Virus record (IMG/VR): IMGVR_UViG_3300031760_000044
Coordinates: 5,220-69,219 of that record
Direction: 5' to 3' (one strand)
DNA from: a virus
Taxonomy: Duplodnaviria; Caudoviricetes
Length of the DNA: 64,000 nucleotides
The notes under the pieces: generated by a model
The model's database searches: none
Told to the model about the DNA's origin: nothing
Seen by the model: only the letters and a program-made list of their open reading frames with translations
Part shown: piece after piece, positions 52,334 through 59,063 of the stretch
How the letters are laid out: each line of letters starts with the position of its first letter
Position numbering within the stretch: the stretch's first letter is position 1
Program-made: the position numbers and the translations under genes

Positions 52334-52593
52334 CGGAAGTGAAGATTAAATAATGCAACAAACCGTAGGGTTATAGGTCTCTTCCATCTAACGGTTGATT
52401 GACTGATTACTGGTTCTAATGTGGCGACGGCCATGCATTAGCCAGCATAAGATAGGGTGACTATAAAAGATAGTTGCTCTACTTTATACCAAAGAGAGCG
52501 ATTACTCTCTGCGGTATACGCCGTCATGGCTCAATTGGATTCAATTGAGCTGGACGGTGATAACAGATAAATTTTTTATAAGAAGGAATTTTT

Positions 52594-53262
52594 ATGAAAT
52601 GTTTGGTTTGCAATAAAGAATTAATAAAAGAACAAACAAAATATTGTTGTAAACAACATGAAATTGAACACAAAAAGAATATAAAAATACAACAATGGTT
52701 AAATGGAAAAGATGCTGGATATTCTGGGACGGGAATTAAACCTTTTATAAGAAATTATTTATTGGATAAGGTTGGCTATAAATGTGAATTATGTGGATGG
52801 GGAAAAATTAATCCATATAGTCAAACATATCCCTTAGAAATACATCATAAGGATGGTAATTATCAAAATAATAAATTAACTAATTTACAAGTTCTTTGTC
52901 CTAATTGTCATAGTTTAACTGATACATATAAAAATATGAATAATAAGAGTGTTCGAGATAGAGGTAAATATACTGGAAGAAAGAAAACGATAAACACATG
53001 TATAGATTGTGGAGTTGGTATTTCAAGTAGATCAATAAGGTGCAGATTTTGTGAGTCAAAAAGAAAAAGTAAATTAATATCGAAACTAAAAATTACTAGA
53101 GAAGAATTAAAACAGCTTATAAGAACAGAACCATTTTTACAAATTGGCAAAATGTTTAATGTGTCGGATAATGCTATTCGTAAATGGTGCGATAGATATA
53201 ATTTGCCAAGAAAGAAATCGATTATTAATTCTTATTCTGATGAAGAATGGAATCTAATATAA
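52594..53262 (+). mobile_element. Free-standing HNH homing endonuclease with C-terminal HTH
   Basis: CELCG, LEIHHKDGN...NLQVLCPNCHS, second CxxC zinc site, VSDNAIRKW HTH; much more AT-rich than its flanks. Confidence 0.85.
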
Positions 53263-53268
53263 ATAATT

Positions 53269-53339
53269 GCCGTCATCGTCTAATGGTAAGACTTGACACT
53301 TGTAATGTCAGTATCTACGTTCAAATCGTAGTGGCGACT
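53269..53339 (+). tRNA. tRNA-Thr (TGT)
   Basis: GCCGTCA/TGGCGAC (one mismatch), GTCT-AATGGTA-AGAC, TGACA-CTTGTAA-TGTCA, CTACG-TTCAAAT-CGTAG. Confidence 0.8.
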
Positions 53340-53435
53340 AGCCCGTTTAAGAGTGTGCGGATGATAAACTCTTCCCTCGTAGTCAGGTGGCAGAATAGAC
53401 TATACGCTAGAGCGGCGGGTCAATAATGAAAAATA

Positions 53436-53463
53436 TTGACAGAATGCTCCTAGGCAATATAGT
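53436..53463 (+). promoter_or_regulatory. Sigma-A-type promoter inside the RNA island
   Basis: TTGACA-N16-TATAGT. Confidence 0.55.
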
Positions 53464-53475
53464 AATATCCTAGTG

Positions 53476-53540
53476 TTGTACGTAAACGGACTCATAAGGC
53501 TTATAGGCACTGAGGGCGCTTCGACTACGCCACGTACAAT
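53476..53540 (+). ncRNA. Small tRNA-like RNA without a D arm
   Basis: TTGTACGT/ACGTACAA 8-bp terminal stem, CTCA/TGAG inner stem, GGCG-C-TTCGACT-A-CGCC T-arm. Confidence 0.45.
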
Positions 53541-53845
53541 TTCTACCGCAGTAATACTTGAATTGACAAGTTATGTCGGGACGGCAGGGTCGAACGTAGC
53601 GGTGAGGTTTCTTCTCGTCTGTACCAACAAGATTAATAAAACAGACATAAGTTCAACCTAAGAACAGAAAATAGGCGTACGGAGAGCTTGTAGAGCATTG
53701 CGCAACCTCACTCCGCCCACGATAATGGCAATTAAAGATGTCTGCGAAATGTGTGTTATGAGAGAGATCGAGAAGTACAACGTGAACTTCTAACCTCGCA
53801 TGGCGTAGTTATGGTTCTACGTACCATGTGGTTAAAAACCAATAA

Positions 53846-53956
53846 GCCCAAACAATGTCGCTACTACACTTGTAAGGTGATAACTTAATGTGATGCGAAA
53901 CTGGGAAGGCGTTGGTCTCATCAACCAGCGTGTGGGTTCGAATCCTACTTTGGGCG
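53846..53956 (+). tRNA. tRNA-Met/Ile2 (CAT)-like RNA with a D-arm region enlarged by about 35-40 nt
   Basis: GCCCAAA/TTTGGGC acceptor, TTGGT-CTCATCA-ACCAG anticodon arm, GTGGG-TTCGAAT-CCTAC T arm; 59 nt between acceptor and anticodon stem. Confidence 0.6.
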
Positions 53957-54129
53957 TGTTCCTAATCCGAGATCCTAGGAATGGCAATGCTGAAATGCTA
54001 TGTCTACTCGGCGGGCGCAAGCTAATCCGCGAACGAAAGCTGGTCATACCCCTTGATTGGAGCAGCGTGTCTAAAAATTCAGTGTTCACAGCTGGAATCA
54101 CTTTGAATTTTGTAAAGCACATGGGGTGT

Positions 54130-54235
54130 TGGTGAGTCGTACAATGGTAGTACAACGCAAGAGGCTTTTTCTGTTGCCTTACAAACGACAAAGATATTTT
54201 TCGAGTAAATGCTGGTTCGATTCCAGCCTCACCAA
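54130..54235 (+). ncRNA. tRNA-like RNA with an expanded, non-canonical anticodon domain
   Basis: TGGTGAG/CTCACCA acceptor, GTAC-AATGGTA-GTAC D arm, GCTGG-TTCGATT-CCAGC T arm; 57 nt in place of the anticodon and variable arms. Confidence 0.7.
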
Positions 54236-54493
54236 TTACCGCAAAGTGGATGATGTGGTATAAATAAGACGGACAAGGCTTTGGCATATGACTTGTTTTA
54301 TAGAGTGGAAGGATAACATTCGTTACACCACAATATAAGATAAGAACAAGATGGTGGGATGCGAGTGGTCTTATTATAGGTGCCGTTTGTTAGACATAAC
54401 GGTTAAATGTCCAGTTAGTGTATTCAAGACAGAATCTGTGGGGATCCCGCTAATGAGAGAAAATCTTGATAAGCAGGAAACAGCCTATCTTTA

Positions 54494-54608
54494 TGTGTCG
54501 TGGCGGAAAGGGTAAACGCTATAATTATATAGTGATGATAACCTTGGCTATATAATGCTATATAGAAGTAAAGGTCTTTATGTAAGGTTCGAATCCTTAC
54601 CGACACAT
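54494..54608 (+). ncRNA. tRNA-like RNA (Leu-type D arm, 6-bp T stem) with a putative pseudoknot in place of the anticodon arm
   Basis: TGTGTCG/CGACACA, GCG-GAAAGGGTAAA-CGC, GTAAGG-TTCGAAT-CCTTAC; crossing stems ATTATATAG/CTATATAAT and ACCTT/AAGGT. Confidence 0.7.
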
Positions 54609-54749
54609 GAGGTCGGGTCATACCCGAATGATCTGAGAGTAAGCAGAACGCCTCAGAGAGAATGACAATGCCGAGAAAGGTTGGTCTCATAGCCGTGGAC
54701 GAGACAATGTAATGAAGGTGGGTTATTCTTTCCTTATCGGAACTGCCCA

Positions 54750-54834
54750 GCTGACGTGATGAAATTGGTAGCACATAGAAGACTTAAAATCTTCTGGAGG
54801 AAACTCCGTGCGGGTTCAAGTCCCGCCGTCAGCA
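54750..54834 (+). tRNA. tRNA-Leu (TAA)
   Basis: GCTGACG/CGTCAGC-A, GAAGA-CTTAAAA-TCTTC, long variable arm GGAG-GAAA-CTCC, GCGGG-TTCAAGT-CCCGC. Confidence 0.92.
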
Positions 54835-54863
54835 TTTGATATATTAAATGAAATAGGAGATAA

Positions 54864-55472
54864 TTGACGATGATCACATTATACATTGGTAAATCTGGGG
54901 CTGGCAAGGATACATTTTTAAAAAAGCAAGTAGCATTAGGTGTTAATCCTATTATTTCTTATACCACACGTCCTATGCGTGAAGGTGAAGTAGATGGAGT
55001 TGATTATAATTTTGTTTCTTCAGCAAGCTTTCTTGAAATGCTTGATCACGAACAATTAGCTGAGTGGAGAAAATATGATACACTAATTAACAATTCACCA
55101 GAAACATGGTACTATGGATCTCCATGGTTAGACAAGAGTAAGGATTATGTAGGAGTTGTTACTCCAGAAGGTGCCAAGAATTATATTAAACTATATGGTG
55201 CAGAAAATATCGAAGTAGTTTATGTCGTAGCAGATGATGACATTAGAGAAGAGAGAGCCAGAATGCGAGAATCACTCAGTATTGAAGAGTGGAATATCAC
55301 AGTTAAGCCTGAGTGGGACAGACGACTTGAGGCAGACTCAAAAGATTTTTCTGATGAAGCTATTCAAGATTTAGCTAACGCTCTTGGTCATAAGATTATC
55401 GTAATGTTTAACAATAGTTATCCTGACAAAGTAACATTTTCATGGATCTACCCTCTTGACAAAACGACATAA
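54864..55472 (+). CDS. gmk: Guanylate kinase
   Basis: P-loop GKSGAGKD and SYTTRPMREGEVDGVDYNFVS signature (ATG at 54870). Confidence 0.85.
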   Translation: MTMITLYIGKSGAGKDTFLKKQVALGVNPIISYTTRPMREGEVDGVDYNFVSSASFLEMLDHEQLAEWRKYDTLINNSPETWYYGSPWLDKSKDYVGVVTPEGAKNYIKLYGAENIEVVYVVADDDIREERARMRESLSIEEWNITVKPEWDRRLEADSKDFSDEAIQDLANALGHKIIVMFNNSYPDKVTFSWIYPLDKTT

Positions 55473-55484
55473 ATATGTTAATGT
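55456..55484 (+). promoter_or_regulatory. Sigma-A-type promoter; predicted start about 55491, immediately before the pistol ribozyme
   Basis: TTGACA-N17-TAATGT with TG extension. Confidence 0.6.
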
Positions 55485-55491
55485 ATTATTA

Positions 55492-55573
55492 GGTCGTTCG
55501 GGCGACCATAAATAGACTTCTAAGCCCGAAGCGTTTACGATTTTGCTGACCTCAGGAAAATCGTAAGGCAAGT
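55492..55573 (+). ncRNA. Pistol self-cleaving ribozyme
   Basis: P1 GGTCG/CGACC with loop TTCGGG pairing to CCCGAA (pseudoknot), linker ATAAATAG, P2 ACTT/AAGT, CTAAGCCCGAAGCG core, P3 TTACGATTTT/AAAATCGTAA, then GG^C. Collinear with the env25 pistol as I recall it (CGUGG UUAGGG CCACG UUAAAUAG UUGC UUAAGCCCUAAGCG...GG^U GCAA). Confidence 0.88.
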
Positions 55574-55725
55574 ACGGTGGAACGAGAGTCGCGAATCTCG
55601 GTGGTTTAGTGGTTTGGGTTTGCCACTATTCGTCCTAAAGGCAGCACATCATACAGAGATAAAAACCTATGTGTTGTCGGCGACAGTGTGAAGGCTTGAA
55701 AACGTCAACGGCTGTCGCAAAATAT

Positions 55726-55796
55726 GGGGATATAGTGTAACAGTAGCAAGCATGACTTTGACTCATGAGGTTCAGGGGCAGCACCTGATATCCCTG
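55726..55796 (+). tRNA. tRNA-Gln (TTG) with non-canonical D and T loops
   Basis: GGGGATA/TATCCCT, CATGA-CTTTGAC-TCATG, TCAGG-GGCAGCA-CCTGA. Confidence 0.75.
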
Positions 55797-55962
55797 CTTT
55801 CAACTAACAACTAATTGGTAACGGAGTTGCAAATCCTAGCCAAAGACGTTAGCCTTGGAGAAAGGTCTGTAAAGCGGGTCAGATAGTCAGAACCTGAAAA
55901 TCATGCATGCAGAAGACCAAGATAAGTGGCTTGGGTGGAAATGACAAAAGTTAGTTGAATTT

Positions 55963-56076
55963 TCTCGGTGGCGGAATATGTAGACGCGAAAAGTTATCTA
56001 AAGATTGTTACACACGGAGTGATAACACATTACGGCTATTGAACAATCATGTAAGGTGCGAATCCTTACCCGAGAT
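55963..56076 (+). ncRNA. tRNA-like RNA paralogous to 54494, with a putative pseudoknot in place of the anticodon arm
   Basis: TCTCGG/CCGAGA, GCG-GAATATGTAGA-CGC, GTAAGG-TGCGAAT-CCTTAC; crossing stems GTTATC/GATAAC and GATTGTT/AACAATC. Confidence 0.7.
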
Positions 56077-56177
56077 ATTGACCGAAATGGGCGAGAGAAG
56101 AGTAAGTCGTGTAAGTCACGTATCTTCGAAACAGAGATAGGAACAAAGATGAATTCGCCTCCTACAGTAGGTCATAT

Positions 56178-56261
56178 GGGAATATAGCTTAGTGGCAAAG
56201 CAGCGGTGCGCACCCTAAGAACAACGAGAGCAAGACTCAGGTTCGATTCCTGATGTTCCCT
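56178..56261 (+). ncRNA. tRNA-like RNA with a remodelled (branched) anticodon arm
   Basis: GGGAATA/TGTTCCC, GCTT-AGTGGCA-AAGC, TCAGG-TTCGATT-CCTGA; no 5-bp stem with 7-nt loop at the anticodon position. Confidence 0.7.
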
Positions 56262-56431
56262 TAACCGCACGGATGGCCGTGAGCGCAAACCGACGGGTTA
56301 AAGTTACGAGCACACAAGCGCCGTAGATAACTTTAGGTGCGGTATATAAATGAATATGGGCCTCAAGCAGAAAGTGGTACGCTCCTCATGAGTAAGCAAA
56401 CTTTAATCAGGATTAAAAGGAGGAATTAATT

Positions 56432-58194
56432 ATGGCATCAGCAAGTAAGCATAAGCAGAGAAGTTCAAGAGCGCATCAGCAGCGTCCTAACTTTGAGAGA
56501 TATTTCTACAACAATGCACATAAGCTTTACGTTAAAAAGATGTTCCAGCGTATGATGGAGTCTAATGCTGAAGAAGCAGAGGATAAAGATGAAAACGTAT
56601 AAGGCAATCTTTGATCTACCAGATGATATAATCCCACCCCCAGTGGTGGGATTTCAAATAGTCATTCCGACTAATCAACCCCAACCAACCCCAAACGTAC
56701 AAACTTATACCGCTCCTTTATTGCCAATAACCTATTACAACATAGAAGATGGCACATATACGGAAGTAATTGAGAAAGGAGAAAATGAATAATGGGATAT
56801 CAATGTTTTCACTGCTGCACTAATTCTGTTAGCTGGGATAGTGATTTTGATTTTGAAGATATGGGATATGAAGGCGAAGGTATAGTTCATATTTGCCACT
56901 GCTCTAATTGTGGGGCAGAAATTGAGTATCGTATTCCTCTTGGAGATCCAGAGGAGGACGAAGATGAAAAGAGCATTTGATTATATACTTATAATATTTA
57001 TATTGGTTGCTTTTGTTTATTTCTTATCACATGCTCTGGGTTCTTATTACGGTGAGACAATAGGTAGTACTCCACAATGGATGCTTGATCTTATACACGG
57101 AGGTCATATATGACTAGAGAAGATGCAATGATCATAATAAGAGCATGTAGTGGTAGTGCTTTTAAAGACAAAGACTTTCCATTTAAAACCGTAGAAATTC
57201 TTGAGGCCGTAGAAATAATGAATGATACCATTGATCAGCTTAAGAAAGCACGTAAAGCCGCACGTAGATATAAGCGTATGTATTTAAGACTTAAGACAGA
57301 AATGGGCGCAGCCCAGTGTAAAGATAGTGAAAAAATAGTGAAAGAATAATTACCATTTTAAAAAGGAGAAGAACATGAGAAAAGATTATAATCCTACACC
57401 CGTTTACAACAGAAAGTATGCACGTGGAGTTATCCGTGCTCAGGTTATCAAGCGTAACGGCTATCACAATGTAAGTGCGAATATGAGTCAGACATTCAAA
57501 GAGATGCGTGATAGATGGAATAAGCTTATGGAGGATTTCAAAAGTGAGGATTAATTTTACTACAATAAATGAGGCTGGAGAGAAAAGAGATTGGAGCATG
57601 ACTCCTAATGAACTTCAGGAGGCATATTGGAGTGAGGATGGTAGCCTTCCTGATTTAGACGAAAAGATTGTGTCGTGTGAAGTTGAAGATATTAATTTTA
57701 ATTGTTTTGAAGATCTTGTAACGGAATTAGTGGGGGCAATTGATTGATGAAACATAAGATTACATTTTCTACTGATGATAAAGTAACTTCTATTCATGAT
57801 ATTAAAGTTTCTTTTTATGATCAGGATAATAGAGCTTATTCTATATGTATTCCCACTGAAAAGAAAAATATTATTTCCATAGAAGATATTGTTAATGAAA
57901 GACTGGCTGAATTAAACCATCAGAATAATGGTTAAAAAGGTATAATTCGCCATCAAAATAATGGTGAGGTGAGTTATGAGTTTAGATAAAGCAATTGAGC
58001 ATGGCAAAGAACATCGTGAACAATACCGTGGATCCAAGGCTATCGACTGTACGTGCCGTAATAATGGATCGTGTGAATGGTGTAAGCAGAATCGTACCAT
58101 TCATGATACCCGCGATAGAGAAAGATGTAAAGATGCTATGCTTGACATAACCACAGAAAAAGAGTATACTAAATATCACAAGGTAATGAAATAA
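56432..58194 (+). other. Cluster of small hypothetical ORFs
   Basis: About ten packed ORFs of 55-80 aa with RBS, several with Cys pairs. Confidence 0.6.
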
Positions 58195-58300
58195 ACTGGA
58201 AGGAGCAAAAATGAATTATACAGTTTATCATCTTCATAGTGATCTATTGGCGTAATGCGCGCCAATAGATCTTTGTTGTTAGATATGAGTAGAGGTATAT

Positions 58301-59059
58301 ATGGAAAACAATATAGATAAAATAAAAGAAAAATACCCAGAATATAAACCAGATAAGACAAACAGTAATTTTTATGATAGAACTGGGATGCGATATGGTA
58401 GATTAAAAGTGTTATATAGAACTTTTAACAATGATCATAATGATTCTCAGTGGGTATGTTTATGTGATTGTGGAACCATTAAACCATATTCTGCGTGTAA
58501 ATTAACCACTGGAACTACTCAGTCATGTGGGTGTTATAAAAAAGATCGAATAAGTAAAGCAAAAAGAAAGTATAATAAATATGATTTGTCAAAAGAATAC
58601 GGAATTGGATATACTACAAATACTAATATTCCTTTTTATTTTGACAAAGAAGATTATGATTTAATAAAAGATTTATGTTGGATTGAAAATGATCAAGGAT
58701 ATATTATCTCTCCTACTAAAAGTAATTCCTCTAAAATCAGATTACATAGATTAATAATGGGTGTTACCGATAGTGAAAGTATTATTGACCATAAAAATAA
58801 TAATCGAGCCGATAATAGAAAAAGTAATTTGCGAATAGCAGATAAGCAAACAAATAGTATAAATAGAGGGTGTAATAAGAATAATGAGTTAGGTATCAAA
58901 GGGGTTAGTAAAATAACTAACAGCAATAAGTATATGGCAAGAATTATGTATAATGGGGAAACCATTTATTTAGGATCCTTTGATTCCATTGAAGAAGCCC
59001 GTCAAGCCAGAGCAAGTAAAGAAATAGAATTATTCAGAGAATTTGCATATCAAGAATAG
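58301..59059 (+). mobile_element. HNH endonuclease with AP2 DNA-binding domain
   Basis: N-terminal GRLKVL...WVCLCDCG...SCGC, IIDHKNNNRADNRKSNLR (HNH), GIKGVS...KYMARI...YLGSFDSIEEA (AP2); AT-rich. Confidence 0.85.
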
Positions 59060-59063
59060 GTAA

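Noticed and set aside
53476-53830. tmRNA, SRP RNA, 6S RNA or RNase P RNA
   Set aside because: Hallmark motifs are missing: no G3:U70 acceptor with tag ORF and 3' TTCGA-CCA end, no SRP GGAA/GCAG domain IV loop, no RNase P GAGGAAAGUCC.
52334-56345. HDV-like theta ribozymes at tRNA 3' ends
   Set aside because: I tested the sequences after the tRNAs by eye and could not build the nested double pseudoknot with a catalytic C in J4/2. An Infernal or motif search would be decisive.
53340-56345. Naming the island as ROOL or GOLLD RNA
   Set aside because: Those large RNAs are tRNA-associated in phages, but the longest tRNA-free stretches here are under about 300 nt and I cannot match their consensus without a covariance-model search.
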